From positions 30,848,150-30,912,149 of the forward strand of contig NC_134026.1 of the NCBI RefSeq assembly GCF_964204645.1: a stretch of DNA of 64,000 nt, in the 5' to 3' direction. The position numbers were made by a program, and so were the translations under genes. The stretch comes from Tubulanus polymorphus (taxonomy: Eukaryota > Animalia > Nemertea). The notes below the pieces were generated by a model. It was not told where the DNA came from. It was given only the letters and a program-made list of their open reading frames with translations, and did not search any database. Shown here piece by piece: positions 37,127 through 48,891 of the stretch (position 1 is the first letter of the stretch; the number at the start of each line of letters is the position of its first letter).

Positions 37127-39324
37127 TCAGGCCTGGATAACGGTAGAGGAAATACTTTTTATGGCTGCAAGAAAATAAAAGAATTCTGAAAAATAAAACA
37201 TTAAGTCAAAGGGTAGGCCTATCTGAAGACATCCTCGCTTGCGAGGGGTCCGGTATCACTCCCAAACTCGCTTCCACCAGCCCCCCTGGCTTCACGACGC
37301 GTGATTTCATTACTGGCGCTGTTGCGCATGACGTCATATATCGACTTGCGAAATACTTCCTTGTTCGCTGATTGGTCCATTTATCGGTAATTCCAACAGA
37401 AGCCTAATATCATTTGTAACAAGCGCTGTGATTGGTACAACCGGATTCTGGTCAGCTAGTAACGACTCGTGAGGTCAAGGGATTCGGCGAACAGCTTTAG
37501 CGTAGAGGGTTCGAATCCCTTGACGGGTGAAGATTATCTGAAGAACAGCTAGAGGAAATTTGATAAAATCTGGTCTCAGAACGAAATGAATCACACAGTT
37601 CCGTTACTGACTAAACTGTAATCCGGATACTGAGTAAACTGTGGTCCGGATACTGAGTAAACTGTGGTCCGGATACTGAGTAAACTGTGATCCGGATACT
37701 GAGTAAACTGTGGTCCGGATACTGAGTAAACTGTCATCCGGATGCTGAGTAAACTGTGGTCTGGATACTGAATAAACTGTGGTCCGGATACTGAGTAAAC
37801 TGTGGTCCGGATACTGAGTAAACTCACTGTATAAGACTCAGTACCTAACAAGGTGCCAACCTTTGACCGTAATAATGAATCCATTACAAAATAAATCGTG
37901 TGCAAACTGTATTTGCCGCAAGGCCACAATATCTAGGATTCGCCAACAATTAGACGATGAAGATTCTGACTATGAGCCCAGTTAGTGAAGGACATTTGTA
38001 TCAAACATCAGTTTAGATCTAGTATAAACATTGAGTGGGTGCGGCTTGAGACTAGTTCACAGATAAGCTCATGATAGCAGTGGCGAGATGTACCTCCTTC
38101 CTGCCATAATCTCAGGATCTCAAACTGTTTTGAGCAACTACCTTGAGATACGAGGAATAAAGTTTAACCAATCAATCAAAAATAGTGATCCTGAATTTCC
38201 TGACGGTTGATGAATGATTAATAAAAAAAGAAAATCACATGTTTTCGGATCCTGGAGTCAAAGAGAAAAACGAAAGTACCGTAAAGTACTAGTGCTACTT
38301 TTCAGCGGTATCTAAAAAGTTGGTCCCATAATGTGACGGGTATCTGGATATGAACTAAACAGCCGTGCGGTTCCTGACTAAACTATCAACTAAACCGCAG
38401 TCCAGTTATTGACTAAAATATGGACTAAACCATAGTACACTAAAATATGGACTACACCGCAGTCCAGTTATTGACTAAAATATGGACTAAACCGTAGTCC
38501 ACTAAAACATGGACTACACCGCAGTCCAGTTATTGACTAAAATATGGATTAAACGGTAGTACAGTTATTGACTAAAATATGGACTACACCGCAGTCCAGT
38601 TACTGATTAAAATAAGGACTAAACTGCAGTCTGCTTCCTGACTAAATGGACTGAACCGCGCAGTCCAGTTACTTGATTTATTAAACATAAATAAGGATTT
38701 TCTATGAAATGCATTGGTCTGGAAGCCTACACAGTTTAAATTATTTATGTTGTAACTTATCTCTATTGACTGGAATATGAATAACATGATGAATATTTCA
38801 CAATTTGGACAATATTTGGAACCGAAACCAGGAAATGAAGTTACTTCCTCGAGTTAATTCTCATCCACCAGAGCCTCTACTCACTATTCAATTCAATTCA
38901 ATTCAAACTTAATTCACCATAGATTCGATAGCAAATTCAATTAAGTTTGAGAGTTTTCCAAACTTAAAAAGAGAATTGAAAGAAATTGACATTAGATGAT
39001 ATTAGATTTTTTAATTGATGATATTCGAAATAATTGAGATTTAGGCAATTTGAGATTTAGGAAATCAAATAATGCGGAGATTTGAGATAAAATAATTGTG
39101 ATTGTGAATTTGAGATCAAATAATTTCGGATGTTGGAAATCAAATAATTTGAGATGTTCATGAAAAATAATCGAGAATTTGAGATACCCCAGATTGAGAT
39201 TGATGAAGTAGACTTTGTACTTACTCAAATCAAAAAACGCGCCGAGGGTTTCAGGGTCGAGCGTCAGCACCTCGGCGCGAACCAGCTTCAACAGTCCCGA
39301 AAAAAGGTCATATTTTGTAGACAT
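37127..39324 (-). CDS. Candidate spliced 45-aa microprotein MSTKYDLFSGLLKLVRAEVLTLDPETLGAFFDLTIKSISSTVIQA
   Basis: Coding 39324-39225 (|GTAAGT, phase 1) plus 37164-37127 (ttttcttgcag|); non-coding first exon about 40090-40073 below a TATA box. Confidence 0.45.
37229..37545 (+). mobile_element. tRNA-derived SINE-like element with nested about 200-bp TIR element (37284-37481)
   Basis: Colinear with the reverse complement of 11236-11352 except for an insert bounded by ccctggcttcacga / tcgtgaggtcaaggg. Confidence 0.65.
37608..37824. repeat. 23-bp minisatellite, about 9 copies
   Basis: Unit gtaaactgtggtccggatactga. Confidence 0.93.
38385..38672. repeat. Degenerate about 35-bp tandem repeat
   Basis: actaaaatatggactacaccgcagtccagttattg variants. 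Confidence 0.85.
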
Positions 39325-40086
39325 ATTCAAAGTTGAAGTTCAAGTTTTAATTGTTGAAGTTGTAATTGTTGTAGTTGTCGTTGTACTGCTGCTGTTGCTT
39401 TTATAACTGTTGCTTTTTTAACTGCTGCTGTTGATGCTGCTGCTGCTACTGCAATGTAAAAACAATCTTATAAAAATCAAGAAAATCGAAAATTATTGAC
39501 TCTAAGAAATAGCTAAATCGAGTTTCTATTAAGTAATAATAATAATTAACATTAAATTATTTTATCATTATTTTCTTAATAATAGATATAGAAGCCAGCA
39601 GGATTAAGTTGAACGACGCTTCGAATGAAAGGTTTCTATGGATTCGAGTCATGGTTCAATAGACTGAGCTGTCTGTGTATTACACCTAGGCATGTCAACT
39701 AGCCGCTTTAGCGCTAGATTTGAACACCAGAAAAACTGCTTCCGAAAATTTCATAAATAAGTTTAATAAATTTCCTCAATAAAATCACAATAACGTCTTC
39801 ATTATTACGAGAGCGAAATTGCAAATCAAACGTTGAAATTTACTTCTAAATGTTAAAAACACCATTTGGACAATTTAGAGCAAAAGGAACGTCAAAATGG
39901 AAATGTCATAATTAAACACCTATATGATATAATCCGAACTTTCGGAACTCTTGAAATTGTCTTACATAAAGCCGTATGCGAAACCTAAGGTCTATATGTA
40001 TAAAATTTACAAGTAAGATTGATAAATAAATTTTATCGAAAGAATTAAATAAAATGGACGACGTTTGCTTACCTGAAAAATGGCCG

Positions 40087-40168
40087 AACTGGAAGGAGGG
40101 ATCAGCTGACCTGAGTTTTTATACTGACAGTGTGACGTCACTGATCCTGACCAATGAAAAGTACCAAT
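40087..40168 (-). promoter_or_regulatory. Compact TATA/CRE/CCAAT promoter
   Basis: TATAAAAA 40123-40116, Inr-like CCAGTT 40092-40087, palindromic TGACGTCA 40133-40140, CCAAT at 40151 and 40164; donor CAG|GTAAGC at 40073. Confidence 0.7.
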
Positions 40169-40424
40169 ATTACCGCCAAGTCTAGAAAATAATTTTCTGA
40201 TGGGATTCGAACCTGATCAACGCCACAAAAATTCCATTTGGTTCAAATCCACGCAAATTCAATTAATATTCACACTGATGTGTCCTCAGTTTACCCCAGT
40301 TATCTGTTTAACTTAATCCGTTTGACAAACTGTTTAAGATACATTCTGAAAATCGATTTTAAGCAAACTGAACACATACGAAATCACATACGAGACAAAC
40401 TTACACACCCGAGTGATTACCATA

Positions 40425-40500
40425 GATCTATGGTCTAGTGGTTAGAATTCCCGCCTGGTAACCCGGAGACCGCAGTTTCGAGTCCTGCCGGTTCGAACTT
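40425..40500 (+). mobile_element. tRNA-derived SINE head or tRNA pseudogene
   Basis: A-box TGGTCTAGTGG, degenerate B-box TTCGAGTCC; no complete cloverleaf. Confidence 0.55.
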
Positions 40501-40849
40501 CGCTTTTTTATTTCACGGGACTTGGTAATTTGCCCCAACTCTTTTTCTTTTTTTTACATTTCAGATTGTGATGAGGGGTGGCCTACTCGGTGATATTGAT
40601 TTGAAGATGAAATAATTTAATGGATCATGAATTTAGGAAAAAAGATTACAGCACCACTGACCCATGTTTAAAACAGGAATTTTGGCCTTACTGTTGCAGA
40701 TGATGGATGTAATTTCAGAGGGTATAATTTGAAACGTCAATAACAGCAGTCCCAAATTGTGATCGGTAGTGTGAGTGAGTGAACCCTGTGATCGCTCTCT
40801 TAATTACGAATCTAATCAATTCTTATTCTGCGCATGCAGTCGGTTTTTT

Positions 40850-40991
40850 ACTGTAAGGTGCTGCCCCTATGTGTATCATAAGCGGTAAATTTGTGAACTA
40901 ACTGATAGTTCAATTTTCCTACTGCGGCGCGCGAGTAATGAGTTAGTTCACCGTACCGTCAACGATATTTTTAGGGGCAGCACTTGACGGT
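40850..40991. mobile_element. Tc1/mariner-type MITE, copy 2
   Basis: ta-ctgtaaggtgctgcccct...aggggcagcacttgacggt. Confidence 0.7.
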
Positions 40992-42566
40992 TATTGGGAC
41001 CAAAGAAAGTAAGAGCTATACGGGTGCCGTTGCGACTTAGAAAATCATACATTAAGAATTTCTTTAAAAAACATTTCACCCCCTGCTGTCAATTTCTGGG
41101 TGGTACATTGTATGGTAGTGGAACCGATCATTCCGTAAAAGTGACGCTAGCACCGGACAAACCCTTTAGAAAAAATAAAGTATAATACTACCACAAAGGG
41201 CAACCTATTCAGAGACACTTACTCAACTGAATCATCGTTAGGATGATTCATCAACATGATGACAGTTTCAAACAACCAGAGAGGCTAAGTTTTTACCTTT
41301 TAGAAATATTAAATTTCATTTTTAATCGCCGAACCGTCGTGATTTTATACTTAATTTTTCATGTAAAAGATATTTTCTACAAGTTAATATTTTTGTGCCC
41401 AAAAAGTCAAAGAAATTCTTAAAAATATCGCTACTGTTCAGCTGCACCAATAACATACGGCCCCTCAGTGTGATAAACTTGAACTGGTTCATTAGACTGA
41501 ATCATGCGGCGGCGTCTGGAATCGGGGATGAAGATAGACCGGTAACCTATTGAATGGGACAGTCTACTTGTGGTACCGGGATTAGATCTGTAGACGTAAC
41601 ATTAGCAATAAATGGTTCAAGTTCAAAGTTCAAGTTCAAATTTATGGTGGATTCAAACAAACATCACAATGACGTCATCACCGACCTTGTAGTCGCGCGA
41701 CGGGAAAGTCGTGTTAGCACCGGAACCGAAAGGTAACTGCGGTATTCCGATTCGACACGGGAGGTCACAATTCGATATTTTCATCATTTTTTGCCAGAAA
41801 TTGATAAAATGAGAGAATGCGGGAATGAGTAGAAGTTGAAGGTAAGCAGCATATTTTACATTAAATCACAATCATTTTCTCTCGTGGTGTTAGTGAACAC
41901 CGTTTGCCGGAGTTAGTAGACGTCGTAGCCTCTTCTAGGCTAAACTAAGTAAGGCAAAGCGAGTGACAACATTTGTCAACATGTCGAAAAGTGAAACCAA
42001 ATGTCAGTCAGATGGAACTACAGGTCCTGAAATGGTCGAGGGATTGTTCACAGTCACTGTAGTTCGTACCTTAACTCCAAGATGGCTGACACGCTACGAC
42101 CGGGCAGCCGACCTAAGTGCGTTCAGCGAGTGGTGGTCGTGGTCCGGGCCGTGGTTGTTTGGCGATGTGCGTTATCTACAGTCTGATCGACATTTTCTAA
42201 ATCTCTGATCTGATATAAACTACAAGATGGTAGGAAGTGGTAGTAACCTTCCTCTCTTCTGACTGTGAAAATCATCTTATCGCCTTACAATTGAACCCAT
42301 TTAATGGGTTCAATTTTAAGGCACAAAGATGATTACCGCTGTGGATTGAATATAACTATGGTTACCCTGATATTGATAAAAGCTCGCATTATTGCAACTT
42401 CACGGACGCTAACCACGCCATTACCACAATCAGCATCGCACAATTAATTAATTATTTATTAATGTTAGTTTTACATGTATTCACTACTATATTGATTGAT
42501 TCTGTTAAATGATGTGATGTTCCAGAGGAGACCTTGACAACAATTTAAACTGTTTGACTGACTGCA

Positions 42567-42750
42567 GCATGCGGATGCAGTATTTTCTATAGCAGGCTGT
42601 GGCATGCGGATGCAGTATTTTCTATAGCAGGCTGTGGCATGCGTATGCGGTATTTTCTATAGCAGGCTGTGGCATGCGTATGCAGTATTTTCTATAGCAG
42701 GCTGTGGCATGCGTATGCGGTATTTTCTATAGCAGGCTGTGGCATGCGTA
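42567..42750. repeat. 35-bp tandem repeat, about 5 copies, each with an acceptor-like ttttctatagcag
   Basis: Unit gcatgcggatgcagtattttctatagcaggctgtg. Confidence 0.93.
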
Positions 42751-42843
42751 TCTAATACAGCATACTGTACGATGATTATTCTATATATTTTTAGGAGCTG
42801 TTCCCATGACGATGACATTGTTGTGAAGGTTGATATCGTAACA

Positions 42844-45800
42844 ATGCGAGGTCATTGTTGCTACGTGTCGAGGAAGACTTTACGCTCAGTCGCTGCGCTG
42901 GTTATAACCGCGATATTGTTCATAAACGTTATAGCGTTTAACCGCAGTTTGAAATATGAAACGGTTCATCCTGACTACGAGATCAGTCGACGTTGGACCG
43001 ACAATAAAAAACTATTCCCAGTCGCGGTGCCGGCTGCGGCTAGTGACCACTCTGTGATAACGGATACTGTTGTTCGAACTGCTCCGGCTGAAACTATTCG
43101 ACCTACGAAGATGCTCGTAATCGTGAATAACGTTCCGATATCGATGCCGTATTCAGATTTATTGAACGTAACGTCCACAAATTTAACGACGTTGAAAACA
43201 GCCATTCGGACCATCAACGAAAAACAGTTCATTTTTAATAAACACATGTTGGATTCAAAGTTCGCGAATAATTCGGACAGCGTCGCGATTCTCGTACAGG
43301 TTCACAATCGAGCGGCGTATTTACGACACCTCGTACGCTCACTCGCCAGGGCAAGAGGAATCGAGAATACGCTCGTTATTTTCAGCCACGATTATTATTC
43401 GCCTGAATTGAACGCCATCACTGAATCGATCGGAGCATTCCCAGTAAGTATTCACTGAATCGATCGGAGCATTCCCAGTAAGTATTCACTGAATCGATCG
43501 GAGCATTCCCAGTAAGTATTCACTGAATCGATCGGAGCATTCCCAGTAAGTATTCACTGAATCGATCGGAGCATTCCCAGTAAGTATTCACTGAATCGAT
43601 CGGAGCATTCCCAGTAAGTATTCGAATCCCTGCCAGGAATCAAACACAGCATTCTTTGTAAGTTTCACGGCAGGGATTCGAACCTGATAGCATCGTTACA
43701 CTCGGCTACAACACAAACCCCTGTCACACTGGACCGAGTGCGCAGGTACAGCTTTGCCGCACAAAAACTTGCGGCACCAATCAGATTGCTCGTTGTATAA
43801 TCGCTGAGGTAAATGTCATGGAACAACTACCGGTATAAATGGGAAAAACCCAGGCTAAAATGAAACGGGATATCTGATTGGCTAATAATGACATCATCTA
43901 AGCTGCACGCTCGGTCTAGTGTGATAGGGTTTTGTACTGTGACAATCTCGATGCCATCAGGTTCGAATCCTGGGGAGGATGGTTTTACGGTATCTAATGG
44001 AGCATTCCCAATAGTACATGTAATATTATCTGATTAGTTTTGAATTGTTCACTGATGCTATAATCTGTTGATAGCTTTTATGAAAATGATGGTGTTTTTA
44101 AACCAGTTTTTGCTGCGCGAAGTCAATGAGAATGTGTTTGTTTTTCTGATTCAGGTTTTGCAGATTTTCTATCCGAAGTCGATGCAACTTTACCCGCGTG
44201 TATTTCCCGGGGAAGATCCCAATGATTGTCCTCGTAATTTACCCAGAAAAAAGTGAGTTTTTACTCGCGAAATCAATGATATTCTCAAATGTTAAATCCA
44301 TATCAATGAATGACTGAGACAATAAATCAGGATTTTACATCCTGGACAGATCCTGGACAGACCGTAAATAATATCACAATCAGGATTAAGTGTTTTGGTC
44401 TATAATTGTATGTGTAAATGTTAAGTTGTTTTAATTGTGTGTATTTTCTAGAGCTGCGATAAAACGTTGTAATAACGCCGGGTATCCGGATAGATACGGA
44501 CATTACAGGGAGGCAAAATATACACAAACCAAACATCACTGGTTCTGGAAGGTAACGTTGGAATCTGAACTCAATTAACCGGGTTTCTGCGACTCCAGGG
44601 TCCGATCTAAGGAATAAGAACCACTCGCCCGGGGGGGCAAGCATATCTGAAATTTTACTTACCCCCTCAAAAATCTACTTGCCCTACATAAGCAGTCCAA
44701 CTGTTGTATCGATTGGCAAAAAGCTTTGAGACAGAATTGCACTAGCCCGGGGGACAAGTGATAATGATAACCTACTTGCCCTTATGATAATATACTTGTC
44801 CCAGGCAATCAGTGCTTAGATCGGACCCTGCGACTCTTTTGGCTGAGAGTCGAAATATCAATATAAATCCATCATTCACAGAATCCTACCTGATGATGCT
44901 GAATTAATTGTTTTCTAGATGAATCGTGTGTTCGGTAACCTTCACATCATGAAAGATTTTCAAGGTCACTTGCTTTTGTTAGAAGAAGATCATTTTGTAG
45001 CTGAGGATTTTTTACATGTGTTAAATTTACTTAAAAATCATCGCGACAGGTAAAAAAAACACGCTTCGTTTTATTGTGCGATCACGTCCAGTCAATCACT
45101 TTCTTACCTTATTCCAAATGGTTTTTATTCGAAATTAAGAAATTGTTTTTCTTATTCTTATCTGTACGATACAGTGGATTACGCTCGTATTTATTATAAA
45201 ACGTTTATCTAATTTCATTTGGTGCGCAATACAGTTAACCATACCTAACTCTGACTAGCCGGGACCAGCAAGAAGCAAGGTCCTAAGATCGGAATTCGAA
45301 TTAGTCAAAAGTCTCCGAGTTGACGATGACTGAGTAAAACAAGGTTTACCGTATTGTGTTTATGCTGAACTGTAATGGATATCTCCTGTATGATATAATA
45401 TAAGCGTAGTTGATTGTATCGCGATGATTCCTTCAATCCCAATCATATAGGAAATTATTTGATTTCAGATGAATGTAATTATTGTGGTGAGCATTCTAAT
45501 CTTCTATCGGTACCTTCTTATTCTCTTATAGATATTGTAAAATATGTCAAATTGTTGATATATTTTCAAAGCTTACGTATTTGCTACTTCGGTGGTGAAG
45601 AACTATGTGAATTGTGATGTCGGAGATTGGGACAGCAATATGTATTATATATGTGTTAATAGATATGGCTTGGTTGAAAGATATTTCTGCATTTTTTTCA
45701 CAGCTCAACTCCTAAATCTTCATAAATTACTGGGCAGCAACATCTAGTTCAGGGTGGCCACTTACTTACCTGTGAATCTGGGAAAATTCGGGGAAATTTC

Positions 45801-48011
45801 TTTTCTGTGAGGTAGGGCATTTTGCGGCGAAAATCTGTCTGATTACTGGATTTTGTAGAAAAAAAGCTAAAAATCAAGGAAATTCATCGAGATTGTTCGT
45901 AAAATCAACAGTTTCAGCAGTAATGTCTTACGTATTTGACTGTGTCAGGGAATAGTCGGGGAAAACCCAAGTCAAATAAAAGTGGCCGCCCTATAGTTAT
46001 ATCCATCCTATACATCATACTGATCTGGAATAAGCACCGCACTACTGTGGCAAGCGAGGATCTGTCAGGTGGCGCTAGTAGTAATTCCGTCATACATGCT
46101 TCGATATCTGCTGCATTTCGTTTAAATTCAAATCAACTTTTCTTCCCTCTATCCTAAATCATTACTAGGGACAGATAATCTTGTAAAGACTCTTTCTTGA
46201 GACCAGTTGTGAATTTAGATTCGGAAGTTTAAAAAAATCCAGCAAAAATAATTTAGTTTCATCTGCCTACAAAAAACTGAATGTTACTCCTGCCATCTAG
46301 TTGCCAGTACCTCACACGATCATGAACTATTACGGTAATTATTATAATGTTAAATTGATGATTCTATTGTTTTTCAGCACATGTCCAGATTGTAATATTT
46401 TAACGATAGGAAATTACGATAAACGACCAACTTTTTCACCATTTTCTGGGAAAGTAAGTTATTAATAACTCGGGATCTCGCAGTTATCATAGATTCTCTT
46501 CTGGATCCGGTTCGGGAGTTTGAGTAAGAGTTAACTCTGAGTTCTCATTTTCATGAGTGAAATCTGAACTTTTACCCGTGGAACTGGATCCAATTCAATT
46601 TGCTCAAATATAGATGATTGGTCCTCTGACTGAGATCTGAGGCGTGCGCTTATAGTCGACTGTATTTCTTGCGGGATTTGTTTAAATGTTAATTTCTTCT
46701 TTTGATTTTTATTCTATAATCAACACAGTTGGAAGTATCGTTATGGGTATCGGCTAAACACAATATGGGCATGGCTCTGAATTCAACTACTTGGAATAAA
46801 ATCAAGCGATGTAGTAACGAATTTTGTAAATTCGATGATTACAATTGGGATTGGACATTACAGTATATCGGAATGAAATGCATTCCCGGTCGTTTGAAAG
46901 TGATGGCTCTGAAATCACCGAGAGTTTTTCACATCGGGGAATGGTAAGTATTCATTCATTACTCATCAGTTCATCGCGATCATTTACAGTTTAACTCTCA
47001 CCATTGAAGTCATCATTAGCCGCGTTCACACTAGATTCGGCGCTTACAAAGTACCGTACTTCACTGGTGCCGAATTCACCAAAATACGGCGCTTATAACA
47101 GCCAGTTACGTTCACACTACGAGTCGGCAATTCGGCACTTAGTAAGCCCGGTATAGTAGTCACCCAGTGTGCCAATAGAGGGGAGTGTAACTAGTGCTAA
47201 GTGTATTGTACTACGCAGATGTGAATACGCGGCTAGCTAAGCGTTGAATCTGCGTTCACACTACAGAGAATACGCGGCCAGCTCAGTGCCGTACTGAGAT
47301 CGGGTTTTCTGCTTAATAAGCGGCGTATTTCAGTACGGAACTGAATAGGCCTCGAATAGGCCTCGAATAATTTCCTAGTGTGAACGCTTAGTACCGTACT
47401 GAAATCCTAGTGTGAATGCAGCTATTGTAGCTGTGACAACTTGTACTTGAATTAGATGTATTATTTATTAAGTGTAAGTCGTCATTTGGATCGAATTGAG
47501 ATTAGAATATAGAGTTGTTTACCCTAGTTTAACTGAACTCAAGTCGACGAGACTTGAGGGGCTGGTTCCATAGTCGAGACTTAAGTCTAAAAGTGGTCTT
47601 TAATCTTAAGACTGGTTTTAAGCTGTTAGATGAGCTATAGAACAAAGATAGTCTTAGACCAGTCTTAAGTCTAAGTCATGACTTTGGAAACGGCCCGAGG
47701 AGTAAAAGTCATTGCAACTGACGATTTATCAAAATGATGACTTACACTTTTGTCGATAATTCAGGTTTTTCATAAATTCAGTTCTAATTTTCTCATTGAA
47801 TTACAGCGGAATTCACCATAAAGGGAAAGTTTGTTTACCCGACCAAAAAGCAGCTCAACTCGACGACTTACTACACAAGAATACAAACTTTCTTTATCCG
47901 AATTACTTAAAAACATTAGGCTGGTCGAAACAACAAGCTCGTATTCCAAAACCAAACGGAGGTTGGGGTGATATCAGAGATCATCAACTATGTAGTAGTT
48001 TTATACAATGA
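42844..48011 (+). CDS. MGAT2: Alpha-1,6-mannosyl-glycoprotein 2-beta-N-acetylglucosaminyltransferase (GnT-II), 474 aa
   Basis: Exons 42844-43443, 44155-44252, 44452-44551, 44919-45049, 46378-46453, 46729-46943, 47807-48011 join in frame. Type II TM; motifs VQVHNR, FSHD, FPGEDPNDCPR, TKHHWFWK, EEDH, HNMG, DDYNWDWTL, GGWGDIRDH. 5' non-coding exon donor at 41842. Confidence 0.96.
43419..43622. repeat. 34-bp tandem repeat x6 spanning the MGAT2 exon/intron junction
   Basis: Unit cactgaatcgatcggagcattccca|gtaagtatt. Confidence 0.96.
43715..43932. mobile_element. MITE
   Basis: TIR aaacccctgtcacactggaccgag / ctcggtctagtgtgatagggttt, itself inside an outer inverted pair (about 43671-43695 / 43950-43973). 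Confidence 0.7.
44596..44830. mobile_element. MITE with CAGGGTCCGATCTAA TIRs, copy 2
   Basis: Perfect TIR; 6-bp flanking duplication cgactc. Confidence 0.88.
45750..45993. mobile_element. hAT-like MITE
   Basis: cagggtggccactt...aagtggccgccct. Confidence 0.65.
47017..47424. mobile_element. MITE with internal gcgttcacacta repeats
   Basis: tagccgcgttcacactag...ctagtgtgaatgcagcta. Confidence 0.75.
47559..47696. mobile_element. PIF/Harbinger-type MITE, copy 2 (opposite orientation)
   Basis: Reverse-complement homologue of 36020-36156; 3-bp TSD gag. Confidence 0.85.
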
Positions 48012-48628
48012 GTTTATGGCTTCAACTCATGTGATGAATAACTCAACGCGGATTAGTTTTTTGACGAATTTTTATGCTGCTTTTTTGCGTATGTTTTTTT
48101 CTTTTAAAGAAATTATAGAATATTGCTAAAAATAATGAACTTTGCTGGAAATTATTTAATGTTATAATTTGCTGAAAATGACGTTAATATTGAGGGATGT
48201 GACACTACTGTTAATGTGATTTAATTTATAAGTAGAATTCAACGTTCTTCTGGTTAAATTATTGTTTTCTTTGTTGTTATGTCTGAGTGTATTGAATCTA
48301 TGGATCTGACTTGTATCGTGTGGTTCTAGAATGTACAGAAATCTAGACAATTTTTAGGCAAAATTAATTTGAAATGTAACAAAACATTAATCAAGGTTTT
48401 GAAGGCATCGCTCTTTATAATCACAATTCTGAGATGTCTCACATGAACTCGATGGTTTTTAAGGGTTTGCTCGGAATTAAAATGTTATTTGCTCTGTTGT
48501 TATAGTTGTTTCTATTAGATTTCTCATTATTGTTGCAATTATGTTTTCACATTTAGAGTCAGTGCTCAACACAAAGATTTGTTTGTAGTACACTCTATAG
48601 CCTGTAATATCAGCACTGTGTTATCAAA

Positions 48629-48891
48629 TACAGTAGACTCCAATTGCTTCGGATTTTGAGGGACCAAAAAAGTCTCTCTAAAATTTGAAAATTTGTAATG
48701 TATTATCAGTATGGGCCCGTGTCACTATGGGGTAGAATGAGTCCGGGCCCGCAATAATCCGAGGCAATCAACTCCAGGTCAAACTGAGTCTGCGCCCGTG
48801 ATAAACGGTTGTAATCAGCTCCGGGGTAAACTGAGTTCGGGGCCCATGACAAATGTTGTAATCAACTCTGGCGTAAACTGAGTCCACTGTA
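48629..48891. mobile_element. Tc1/mariner-type MITE
   Basis: ta-cagtagactc...gagtccactg-ta. Confidence 0.6.

Noticed and set aside
40425-40500. Functional tRNA gene
   Set aside because: A box present but B box degenerate, and acceptor/anticodon stems do not form
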